Below the pieces are notes generated by a model, which was given only the letters and a program-made list of their open reading frames with translations, was not told where the DNA came from and did no database searches. This document shows positions 9,652 to 17,903 of a stretch of DNA of 24,000 nucleotides, piece after piece; positions within the stretch are counted from its first letter, which is position 1, and each line of letters begins with the position of its first letter. Source of the DNA: Stutzerimonas stutzeri. GTDB taxonomy: Bacteria > Pseudomonadota > Gammaproteobacteria > Pseudomonadales > Pseudomonadaceae. The stretch lies in the NCBI RefSeq assembly GCF_000590475.1, contig NZ_CP007441.1, forward strand, positions 2,025,208 through 2,049,207, in the 5' to 3' direction. Both the position numbers and the translations under genes were made by a program.

Positions 9652-10167
9652 ATGGCCTTCATAGTCCGGGGTGCTCTGGCGATCTTGCTGCTATTGGCCG
9701 AGGGCCATGCAGCGATCGCCGCCAGCAAGACCGCGACCGTCGGCATCCGGGCCGAACTTCTCCCGGCATGCACTGCCGGCAGTGCGCAGGCAGGTGGGAC
9801 CACCTTCGGTACGTTGGATTTCGGCACTCACGTCTCGCTGGATAACGTCATCACGGTTGTTGGCCAGGCTGGCGCAGGCGCCTTGAGGGTCAACTGCCTG
9901 ACCGAGACGCCTTATCGCGTCCTGATCAGCGGAGGTAATAGCGGTTCGACAAACGACCGTGTCATGTCCGGTGCTGGTTCTGCGACGCTGCGTTACAACC
10001 TCTATACCGACGCCAATTTCAATGTCCTGTGGGATGACAGTACCGGTGTCAGCGGCTTGGGCAACGGTCAGGATCAGTGGCTTCCCGTTTATGGCCGCAT
10101 GCCCGCGCAGCCCATTTCCCAGACGGGGCTGTATAGCGACACGCTGACCGTTACAGTGAGTTGGTGA
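9652..10167 (+). CDS. CsuA (CupE2)-like minor pilin, spore-coat-U domain
   Basis: 171 aa with signal peptide. Motifs LPACTAGS...LDFG...LRVNCLTETPY...LRYNLY...GLYSDTLTVTVSW. Confidence 0.8.
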   Translation: MAFIVRGALAILLLLAEGHAAIAASKTATVGIRAELLPACTAGSAQAGGTTFGTLDFGTHVSLDNVITVVGQAGAGALRVNCLTETPYRVLISGGNSGSTNDRVMSGAGSATLRYNLYTDANFNVLWDDSTGVSGLGNGQDQWLPVYGRMPAQPISQTGLYSDTLTVTVSW

Positions 10168-10724
10168 TGATGCTTATACGCAGACATCCACTCAACGCCT
10201 GGTTGATTGTCGCGCTGATGGCTATGGGGCCGCTCGCGCTCGCGGATACCGGCACCAACGAGCAATCCACCAGCCAGAGTTTCCAGATCAGCGCGCGCGT
10301 CGAGCCCGGTTGCATCCTCGGCGGTGGCGCGGCGGACACGACTAACTTTGGCACGATCGATTTCGGACGCCTTGGTCAACTCGCCGCGGATATCAAGGTT
10401 GCCAGCTCATCGGGGAATGGATCGGTCATGCTGCAGTGCACGCCAGATACGCCCATCACGATAGCAATCGATGCCGGTCTGCATGGCAGTGGCGGTACCC
10501 GATACCTGGCCAAGGGCAACGAAACCTTGCGCTACCAGCTTTACCAGGACGAAGCCTTCTCCGTCGTGTGGGGCGATAACCGGGGCACGGGCACCGCATT
10601 GAGCATGACCTTCCCCTCGACTGGGGTTCAGACACTGCCCATCTACGCCCGACTGTTCCGCGAGACCACTCTGCCATCGGCCGGCATCTACACCGATGTC
10701 GTGACCGTCACTGTGACTTATTGA
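10167..10724 (+). CDS. CsuB (CupE3)-like minor pilin, spore-coat-U domain
   Basis: The track ORF starts at TTG 10161. ATG 10167 overlaps the upstream TGA (TGATG). Signal peptide LIVALMAMGPLALA. Motifs EPGCILGG...IDFG...LQCTPDTPI...LRYQLY...GIYTDVVTVTVTY. Confidence 0.8.
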   Translation: MMLIRRHPLNAWLIVALMAMGPLALADTGTNEQSTSQSFQISARVEPGCILGGGAADTTNFGTIDFGRLGQLAADIKVASSSGNGSVMLQCTPDTPITIAIDAGLHGSGGTRYLAKGNETLRYQLYQDEAFSVVWGDNRGTGTALSMTFPSTGVQTLPIYARLFRETTLPSAGIYTDVVTVTVTY

Positions 10725-10728
10725 CCAG

Positions 10729-11511
10729 ATGATGACCATGCCTGACTTCCTCTTTCGAAAACTATCCGTTCGTCCATTTCGATTGGCCGCGATTGCGCTG
10801 CTGACTACCTGCAGCGCAATGGCCGAAGCCGCCAGTTCGGTGCTGATCTGGCCTATCAATCCAACCATCGAGGCGGATGCCAGCGCTGCTGCCTTGTGGC
10901 TGGAAAACCGTGGTCAGGCGCCGGTTCGTCTGCAAGTTCGGGTGCTTGACTGGTCGCAGCAGGATCTGAACGACCAACTGGAGCCGCAGCAACAAGTCGT
11001 AGGCAGCCCGCCAATGGCTACGGTTGAGCCCGGTAAGCGCCAGCTGGTCCGCCTTATTCGCCGTCAGCCCGCCCCTGCAGGCCAGGAGCAAGCGTTTCGT
11101 GTCATCGTCGATGAGCTCCTGCCCGAGCGAACCCAGCGAGAAAATGACCTCGGCGTGCAATTCCAGATGCGTTATTCAGTGCCGCTGTTCGTATATGGCG
11201 CCGGCGCGACCGTGCCGGGCAAAAACAAAAGCGGGGAGGCTGACGGCACGGATCTCAGCTTTCGCATCGCTCAGGACAGCGGGCAAAGCTACCTGTACGT
11301 AAAAAACAGCGGCACGGTGCATGCTCGTATGTCTCAAGCGAGTCTGATGCAGGGGGCTCGCAAACTCGATATCGCCCAGGGTCTGCTCGGCTATGTTCTG
11401 CCAGCCAGTGAGATGCGCTGGCCGCTGCCGCCCGGCACGCCATCCGGTGGTGCGTCACTGCTCGTTCGGGTGAACGAGCAGGGCGAAGCGCAGACCATCG
11501 AGCCTAAGTGA
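10729..11511 (+). CDS. csuC: Periplasmic pilus chaperone (PapD fold), CsuC/CupE4-like
   Basis: 260 aa with signal peptide ...LLTTCSAMAEA. Has the chaperone signature SSVLIWPINPTIE...ALWLENRGQAPVRLQVRV...FRVIVDELLP...MRYSVPLFVY. Positioned between the pilins and the usher. Confidence 0.85.
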   Translation: MMTMPDFLFRKLSVRPFRLAAIALLTTCSAMAEAASSVLIWPINPTIEADASAAALWLENRGQAPVRLQVRVLDWSQQDLNDQLEPQQQVVGSPPMATVEPGKRQLVRLIRRQPAPAGQEQAFRVIVDELLPERTQRENDLGVQFQMRYSVPLFVYGAGATVPGKNKSGEADGTDLSFRIAQDSGQSYLYVKNSGTVHARMSQASLMQGARKLDIAQGLLGYVLPASEMRWPLPPGTPSGGASLLVRVNEQGEAQTIEPK

Positions 11512-11523
11512 TATCTGGCTAGG

Positions 11524-13866
11524 ATGAAGATTTGGCTTGGAATGGGCGTCCGCCGCTGGTGCCTTGGCCTGCTGCTGGTGCAGGGATTGTTATCCCTGCC
11601 GTTGGCACGTGCCGAGGAGGAAGCGATGGCCTTGTATCTTGAGCTGGTTCTCAACGGAATGCCGACCGGGCAGGTGCTTGAAGTGCAAACCCAAGGCGAT
11701 GAGCTGATGGTTACACGGGGTGCGCTTCGCGATGCCGGTGTGCCTATCGATGGGGAGGCGGACGGTCAGGTCTCCTTGGGCGAGCTTGAGGGCGTCACGG
11801 CTCGTTACGAGCAGGCGCTGCAGCAATTGTTACTTACCGTCCCGCTCGACTGGTTGCCGGAGCAGCGCCTGGGTCGTACCCGCGAGACCGAGCGCAGCGA
11901 CGCGGTGAGTTCGTTTGGAGCGCTGGTCAATTACGACCTGTTCTACAGCAATACAGACAGTGTCGGCGGCTATGTCAGTGCCTGGAGCGAACAACGCCTG
12001 TTCGGCGGCCTCGGCACGCTGAGCAACACCGGCGTGTTGCGGCATACACTCGACGGGCCTCCCGGCCGTGACGGTTATTTCCGCTTCGATACCACCTGGC
12101 GATACAACGATCAGGCGCGTCTGCTCAGCTATTCGGCGGGTGATATGGTCACCGGCGCCTTGAGTTGGAACAGCGCGGTGCGCATGGGAGGCGTGCAGTT
12201 GTCACGCAACTTCGCACTGCGCCCAGACCTGATCACCTATCCGCTGCCTAGCTTCAGCGGCGGAGCGGCGGTGCCGAGCACAGTGGACCTGTTCATCAAT
12301 AACGCCAAGGTCGACAGCGCAACGCTGCAGCCGGGGCCGTTCACGTTCGATACGCTGCCGCTGATCAGCGGGGCAGGGCAGGCCACTGTAGTGACGACCG
12401 ATGTCCAAGGGCGTCAGGTCAGTACCAGCGTGCCGTTTTACGTCACCAACACGCTGCTGCGTAAGGGTCTCACCGATTTTTCCTTCTCGCTGGGTAAGCT
12501 GCGTCAGGGGTACGGTGAAGACAGTTTCGCCTATGGCCGCAGCGCCACGTCTGGCACCTTTCGCTATGGCCTATTCGACAGCCTTACGCTGGAAAGTCAT
12601 GCCGAGGCGGCATCTGGACTCGCGCTGGGAGGCTTGGGCACCACCGTTGCCCTTGGACATTTCGGTGAGCTGACCACCTCGGCCACGCAGAGCCGCTACC
12701 TAGGCACCGCAGGACACCAACTTTCGATGGGCTACAGCTACTTCGCGCGGCGTTTCGGTGTATCGGCGCAGCGGGTGCAGCGGTCACGCGGATACGCCGA
12801 CCTCGCCGTGGAGGAGGCGCTCGATGCGCGTCCGCTTGACCCTTATTTAGCGCAGGTCAGCGATCAGCTGACTTTCACCATAAGCCCGCCTCAGATCGGC
12901 TCGATCGGTCTGGGATATTTCGCCAGCCGCATCGAAGGTGGTACTAGCACGCGGTTGCTCAACCTCTCATGGTCGCGGACGCTGTGGCGAAACCTGAATG
13001 TTTACGCATCGATAAACCGCATCATCGGTGAGTCCGGTATTTCAGCGCAGGCGCAGTTCAGTGTGCCGTTTGATCTCTTGTCGACCGTGACTGCCAGCAT
13101 CGAACGTGACCGCAGCGGCGCAACGGCCGAGCGGATCAGTTACAGCCGCAACGTGCCGAGTGACGGTGGGGTGGGCTGGAACCTGGCTATGGCTCATGGA
13201 CGCGAGACATACCGGCAGGCTGATCTGTCCTGGCGCAACCCGTTTCTGCAAGCCGAGGCCGGCGTCTACGGCACCGATAATGAGCTGACACACTGGGGCG
13301 ACGTAAGCGGTTCGCTGGTTGCGATGGACGGCGAGGTATTTGCCGCCAACCGCATCGATGATGCTTTCGTCGTGGTCAGCACCGGCGGCTACGCTGACGT
13401 GCCGGTCCGCTTCGAGCATCAGTTGCTGGGTCGGACCAATCGGGACGGCCATTTGTTGGTGCCTTGGGTACCTTCCTACTATCGCGGCCAGTTCGAGATC
13501 GAGCTGCTCGACCTGCCTGGCAACGTCAGCGCATCCGAGCCTGCCCGCTATCTTTCGGTCCAGCGAGGCAGCGGCGCTCTGCTTGATTTCGACTTGAGGC
13601 AACAGCTCGCTGCTGCAGTCACGCTGGTCGACGAACAGGGCGCGCCGCTACCGACGGGCCTGCGGGTCGAGCAAGTCGGCGCTGATACTCACGAGCTGCT
13701 TGGATATGACGGTCAGGTTTACTTTGAAGCGCTCGCGACCCACAACCGACTCGAGGTCGCCCTCGTCGATGGAGGGCGTTGTCAGGTCGAATTCGACATG
13801 CCGCCCCAATCCGATGAGATTGCTCAGATCGGGCCGCTCACTTGCCTCAGGAATCAAACACCATGA
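11524..13866 (+). CDS. csuD: Outer-membrane fimbrial usher, CsuD/CupE5-like
   Basis: 780 aa with signal peptide. N-terminal LYLELVLNGMPTG typical of ushers, then a long beta-barrel-type sequence. Its stop overlaps the next start (ATGA). Confidence 0.85.
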   Translation: MKIWLGMGVRRWCLGLLLVQGLLSLPLARAEEEAMALYLELVLNGMPTGQVLEVQTQGDELMVTRGALRDAGVPIDGEADGQVSLGELEGVTARYEQALQQLLLTVPLDWLPEQRLGRTRETERSDAVSSFGALVNYDLFYSNTDSVGGYVSAWSEQRLFGGLGTLSNTGVLRHTLDGPPGRDGYFRFDTTWRYNDQARLLSYSAGDMVTGALSWNSAVRMGGVQLSRNFALRPDLITYPLPSFSGGAAVPSTVDLFINNAKVDSATLQPGPFTFDTLPLISGAGQATVVTTDVQGRQVSTSVPFYVTNTLLRKGLTDFSFSLGKLRQGYGEDSFAYGRSATSGTFRYGLFDSLTLESHAEAASGLALGGLGTTVALGHFGELTTSATQSRYLGTAGHQLSMGYSYFARRFGVSAQRVQRSRGYADLAVEEALDARPLDPYLAQVSDQLTFTISPPQIGSIGLGYFASRIEGGTSTRLLNLSWSRTLWRNLNVYASINRIIGESGISAQAQFSVPFDLLSTVTASIERDRSGATAERISYSRNVPSDGGVGWNLAMAHGRETYRQADLSWRNPFLQAEAGVYGTDNELTHWGDVSGSLVAMDGEVFAANRIDDAFVVVSTGGYADVPVRFEHQLLGRTNRDGHLLVPWVPSYYRGQFEIELLDLPGNVSASEPARYLSVQRGSGALLDFDLRQQLAAAVTLVDEQGAPLPTGLRVEQVGADTHELLGYDGQVYFEALATHNRLEVALVDGGRCQVEFDMPPQSDEIAQIGPLTCLRNQTP

Positions 13867-14858
13867 AGGGAATCGACCATCTGATCAGTTACCCGCGCGC
13901 CTTGCTGTTCATGGTACTGGCGCTGCTTTGCTCGCTGCTGGCGACCCCGGCTCGTGCCAACTGCGCGACGTTCAGCGCTGACTCAAGTCTGGGCACGATC
14001 AGTTCGCTGGCTCTGGTGGGCAATTCTCAGCGGGGCGCCGCTGCTGGCGGATTTGTCTGTACGGGTTCATTGCAACTGTTGAGCACTGCCTTCATTCGAG
14101 TATCGCTGGTCAACAGTGACTTCAAACTGGTGGGCAGCCAAGGGGGTACGGTGCCCTTCAACGTATTCGTTGATCCGGGCTATACACGGGCCTTGCAGCC
14201 TGGGCAATCCGCTGAATTCGGTGCAACAAATTTGTTGAACCTAGGAGGCACCGGCGCTGGCGTGCCGCTGTACCTCACCACGACACCGGGCGCCAATGTC
14301 CCGGCCGGCACCTATACCGGCACGGTGACCCTGCGTTGGCACTGGGCCGTCTGCGACCTGGGTTTGGTTGGCATTTGCTCTTGGTATCGCAGCCCGGGGG
14401 TTGTACAACCCTGTCCGTTGGGCCTGGTTTGTGGGACACCCAGTAACTGGGGGGAGGGTGTGCTAACAACGGTCCGCGTCACGCTCATCGTAACCAAGGC
14501 CTGCCAGATCGTTAGCCTGCCGGCAGTGGATCTGGGACGTAAGGCGCTGGTCAGCCAGTTCACTGAGGTCAGCCAGACGCTCAGTGTCCGCTGTACTAAT
14601 ACCGAAGGTTTTACACTCAGTTTCGGCAATGGCCAGAACTATCAGGCACCTTGGCGGCAAATGGCGTTCGGCAATAACCGTCTTCGTTACAACATCTATG
14701 GAACTGATAAGTCGATGCTGACGCCTAGCCGGACGCTTGATGCAATCGGCACGGGGCTCAACCAGGGCTTTCAGGTGCAGATACAAGTGGATCCCAACCA
14801 GAAGGACGTTCCGCCTGGCACCTACGTCGATAACGTGGTGCTTACGCTCAGCTATTGA
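13863..14858 (+). CDS. csuE: Two-domain pilus tip protein, CsuE/CupE6-like putative adhesin
   Basis: ATG 13863 overlaps the usher stop. Signal peptide LLFMVLALLCSLLATPARA. The N-terminal domain ends GTYTGTVTLRW and the C-terminal pilin domain runs VTKACQIVS...LRYNIY...GTYVDNVVLTLSY, so both resemble SCPU domains. Last gene of the operon, as for Csu/CupE tip subunits. Confidence 0.75.
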   Translation: MKGIDHLISYPRALLFMVLALLCSLLATPARANCATFSADSSLGTISSLALVGNSQRGAAAGGFVCTGSLQLLSTAFIRVSLVNSDFKLVGSQGGTVPFNVFVDPGYTRALQPGQSAEFGATNLLNLGGTGAGVPLYLTTTPGANVPAGTYTGTVTLRWHWAVCDLGLVGICSWYRSPGVVQPCPLGLVCGTPSNWGEGVLTTVRVTLIVTKACQIVSLPAVDLGRKALVSQFTEVSQTLSVRCTNTEGFTLSFGNGQNYQAPWRQMAFGNNRLRYNIYGTDKSMLTPSRTLDAIGTGLNQGFQVQIQVDPNQKDVPPGTYVDNVVLTLSY

Positions 14859-14876
14859 GGTGCGTTGAACGTGCAG

Positions 14877-14897
14877 TCCCCTAGGCGCGCTAGGGGA
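14877..14897. repeat. Hairpin/palindrome TCCCCTAG-GCGCG-CTAGGGGA between the pilus and che operons
   Basis: 8-bp perfect stem with a 5-nt loop, 19 nt after the tip-protein stop and about 120 nt before cheY. It carries the same 8-mer core as the inverted repeat at 8875-8961. No T run follows. Confidence 0.6.
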
Positions 14898-15015
14898 AAT
14901 CCCGATATTGCGGTTTGGCGCTATTTCTTAAAATGGCCACCGACCCGCTCGTCGGCGGGCCTTTCGACGAGCGCTATCTGCGGTTGTCGTGTTCAGACTC
15001 GAATGGAGTTCGTGT

Positions 15016-15396
15016 GTGGCCAAAACAATACTCGTGGTAGACGATTCCGCGGCGATCCGTGAGCTATTCGTGGCAGCGCTCACCGAAGGCGGGTACCGCG
15101 CTGTGGAAGCCGTGGATGGGCTCGATGCGCTGGCCAAACTTGAAGAGCACTCCGTCAATTTACTGATAAGTGATTTGCATATGCCCAATCTCGATGGCAT
15201 TGGCCTGGTGCGTGCCGTGCGGGCGCATCCTCGGTATCGCTTTGCTCCGATCCTGGTACTGACCAGTGATCGGTCGCCAGCGAAGGAGGCGGAAGGGCTG
15301 GCCGTAGGCGCCACCGCCTGGGCCGCCAAGCCGATCCCCCCGCAGCGTTTACTCACGGCCATCGATACGCTGCTGGGCGAACATGCACCGGCTTGA
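15016..15396 (+). CDS. cheY: CheY-like single-domain response regulator
   Basis: The track ORF starts at GTG 14989. I prefer GTG 15016 (AKTILVVDDSAAIRE...) with GGAG 7 nt upstream. Receiver residues are intact: DD, ISDLHMPNLDG, VLTSD, AAKP. Confidence 0.85.
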   Translation: MAKTILVVDDSAAIRELFVAALTEGGYRAVEAVDGLDALAKLEEHSVNLLISDLHMPNLDGIGLVRAVRAHPRYRFAPILVLTSDRSPAKEAEGLAVGATAWAAKPIPPQRLLTAIDTLLGEHAPA

Positions 15397-15700
15397 AGTA
15401 ACGTATTCAGCTGAGTGCGTGACACTCGTATTCCGAGGTCGCTTGACACTCTACGAAATCCGGCATGCCCAGAGTGGGTTGCTGGCTGTAGCGCCGCTGG
15501 TCGAAAAAAGAAACTGTTATATCGATTTACGTCATATCGAACGCTTTGATATGGCCGCAGTGCAGCTACTCTTGGCTTGGGAGCGTCAAGTCCGCTCAAA
15601 TGCTCAATCCTTGCTGCTACAGACCAGCGACACGACGGCTGCACTGTTGCGATCGCTTGGTCTGAGCCGGCTGGTTGCACAATCACCAGAGGCGTTGTGA
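15383..15700 (+). CDS. STAS-domain protein (anti-sigma-antagonist fold) embedded in the che operon
   Basis: 105 aa. STAS-like pattern LVFRGRLTLYEI...YIDLRHIERFDMAAVQLLLAWERQ...LLLQTSDTTAALLRSLGL. Overlaps cheY by 14 nt, and its TGA overlaps the cheA ATG (TGATG). No SpoIIAA-type phosphorylatable Ser in the DMAAV position. Confidence 0.7.
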   Translation: MHRLEVTYSAECVTLVFRGRLTLYEIRHAQSGLLAVAPLVEKRNCYIDLRHIERFDMAAVQLLLAWERQVRSNAQSLLLQTSDTTAALLRSLGLSRLVAQSPEAL

Positions 15701-17901
15701 TGTTCCAGAACGACCAATGGACCCGCTTGCTGCTGGGGTTCGTTGACGAAGCCCGTGACACCGCGAGCCAGGCGGAAGCCCTCGTCCTCCAACTCGAGCA
15801 GGCGCCAAATGACGGGCAGGTCGTGGACGAGCTGTTCCGCCTCATGCACACATTCAAGGGCACCGCGGGGCTATTCGACCTCAAGCCTATCGTGCGCTTT
15901 GCACATCGCATCGAAAATGTGCTGGCTGAAGTCCGCCATGGGCAGCTTCGGCTTGATCCACGAGTCATGGCGCTGATGCTTGGCGGACTCGACGAAATTG
16001 TCTCGATGATCGAGCTCATCGATGCGGACACGGGCGAATTGCCGGTCGACGATGTCCATCAGGCCGAGCTGTTGTCTGCCTTCGATGCCCTTACAGGCGT
16101 GACCGAAGAACCAATGGGAATAGTGGCAACAGGTGTGGCGCCCGTCCCTGCTGATCAGCAAGTTACGGAGCCTGACCGCTTGTGGCTGATCTCGTTGCGG
16201 TTCGACGAGCGCGCGTTCATACAAGGGCTCGACCCCCAGGCGCTGGTGCAGGCGCTTGGTCGTCTGGGCTCTATCAAGCAGATCGATACGCTCAACGACG
16301 AATTACCTGTGCTGGCCGACATGGATCCGGAACGGTGTTACTTGGGGCTGGAAATCCAGCTGCAAAGCGCGGCGAGCAAGCCGGAGATTGAAAGTCTGTT
16401 CGACTTCGTCCGGCCTTTGTGCCGCTTTGTTGTTCGCCTGGCGTCCGACGCGCCGAGCATCCCGGCGAGCGTAGATGATGCCTCGAGCCAGGACACGCGC
16501 ATAGGCCATATCCTGCTCAATAGTGGCGCCTTGACCGCCGCGCAACTGGCGCAGGGCCTGGCTATACAGCAACGCCCAGCCGCACTAAAGCCGTCGTTGG
16601 GATCAGTGCTGGTCGAGGAAGGTCTGGTACCGGCGCAGCAGGTTAACGACGCGCTGGATTTGCAGCACCAGACCCGCCAGCGGCGTGCATACGAGGGCAG
16701 CGGTGTTCGCGTAGCGGCACAAAAGCTCGACCAGCTCGTCGACCTGGTCGGCGAACTGGTGACCAGCGCGGCAGGCGTCAAGGCCAGCATCGATCGGGAT
16801 GATCTGGCCGAAGGCGCCGAGCACCTGTGCACGGTCAGCCAGCACATCGCATCGCTGCGAGAGACGGCGCTCGGCCTGCGGATGGTCGAAGTCGGCGAGA
16901 CGTTCAGCCGCTTCCATCGTGTGGTACGTGACGTCAGCGAGCAGCTGCACAAAGAAATTCATCTTGATATCCGCGGCGCCGACACTGAGCTCGACAAGCT
17001 GATAATCGATCGGCTTGCCGATCCGCTCACGCATCTGGTCCGCAATGCCATTGCCCACGGTATCGAGCCGGCGCAGGAGCGCGGGCGCGGTGGTAAGCCC
17101 GTTCAGGGCCGGGTGCGCCTGGCCGCTCGCCAGGAGTCGGGCGTAGTGATCATTGAGGTCAGCGATGACGGGCGCGGGCTGGACTGGGACAAAATTCGCC
17201 GTCGGGCCGTGCAGCTTGGCCTGATCGATGCACACCGCGAGGTAGATCAGCGCGAACTGCGCTCGCTCATTTTCAGCCCTGGTTTCAGCACCGCCAGCAC
17301 CGTATCGGAGCTGTCCGGGCGCGGTGTAGGGCTTGATGTCGTGCGTGAGGTGGTCACTGACTTGCGTGGCGAGATCGAGGTGGAGTCGGTCCGAGGCGCT
17401 GGTACGCTGTTTCGTATCCGTGTGCCACTGACACTGGCCATCATCAATGGATTCCAGTTCAGCGTCGGTACCCAGCATTATGTGGTGCCGCTGGAAACGG
17501 TTCTCGAATGCCAGGAATGGCTGGGTCCCACCGGCCAGATCCATGGCAGCTTCGCCCGTCATGGCCGATCACGTCCATGCATCGATCTGGCGAGCCTTTT
17601 CGATGGCCGGACGGCATCCAACGGGGCGCGCCGCAACGCATTGGTGGTCAGTTATGGAAGCGAGGTTGGAGCACTGATTGCAGACGACCTATACGGCGAG
17701 TTGCAGACCGTGGTCAAACCGCTTGGTCCGATATTTCGGAACCTGCCGGGTATCAGCGGAGCGACCGTGTTGGGTTCAGGGGAAATTGCTCTGGTACTCG
17801 ACGTCGCCCACCTCTTTCACAATATTGCGCAATACATCGAGGCAGGCTCGCCCAACCCGTCTGCCAAGATTACCGAACCAGAACACCATGCTGAGGAGTA
17901 A
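15700..17901 (+). CDS. cheA: CheA histidine kinase (Hpt, variable region, dimerisation, HATPase and CheW-like domains)
   Basis: ATG 15700 ([11 protein letters not shown]...). Hpt site [15 protein letters not shown]. Dimerisation region [19 protein letters not shown]. ATPase boxes [33 protein letters not shown]-terminal CheW-like domain. The 5' part of the track ORF (15577-15699) overlaps the STAS gene and is not used. Confidence 0.92.
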   Translation: MFQNDQWTRLLLGFVDEARDTASQAEALVLQLEQAPNDGQVVDELFRLMHTFKGTAGLFDLKPIVRFAHRIENVLAEVRHGQLRLDPRVMALMLGGLDEIVSMIELIDADTGELPVDDVHQAELLSAFDALTGVTEEPMGIVATGVAPVPADQQVTEPDRLWLISLRFDERAFIQGLDPQALVQALGRLGSIKQIDTLNDELPVLADMDPERCYLGLEIQLQSAASKPEIESLFDFVRPLCRFVVRLASDAPSIPASVDDASSQDTRIGHILLNSGALTAAQLAQGLAIQQRPAALKPSLGSVLVEEGLVPAQQVNDALDLQHQTRQRRAYEGSGVRVAAQKLDQLVDLVGELVTSAAGVKASIDRDDLAEGAEHLCTVSQHIASLRETALGLRMVEVGETFSRFHRVVRDVSEQLHKEIHLDIRGADTELDKLIIDRLADPLTHLVRNAIAHGIEPAQERGRGGKPVQGRVRLAARQESGVVIIEVSDDGRGLDWDKIRRRAVQLGLIDAHREVDQRELRSLIFSPGFSTASTVSELSGRGVGLDVVREVVTDLRGEIEVESVRGAGTLFRIRVPLTLAIINGFQFSVGTQHYVVPLETVLECQEWLGPTGQIHGSFARHGRSRPCIDLASLFDGRTASNGARRNALVVSYGSEVGALIADDLYGELQTVVKPLGPIFRNLPGISGATVLGSGEIALVLDVAHLFHNIAQYIEAGSPNPSAKITEPEHHAEE

Positions 17902-17903
17902 CC

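Noticed and set aside
14882-14908. Possible sigma-28 (FliA) promoter upstream of cheY (CCCGATAT as a -10 element)
   Set aside because: The -10-like element matches GCCGATAA at 6 of 8 positions, but the sequence at the expected -35 position (TAGGCGCG) matches TAAAGTTT poorly.
14928-16031. 367-aa minus-strand ORF, with similar antisense ORFs at 16338..16952, 16603..17562, 18374..18982, 19797..20318 and 20944..21480
   Set aside because: All are antisense to che genes that carry unmistakable catalytic motifs. Their Ser/Arg/Ala-rich translations are typical of GC-rich antisense frames.
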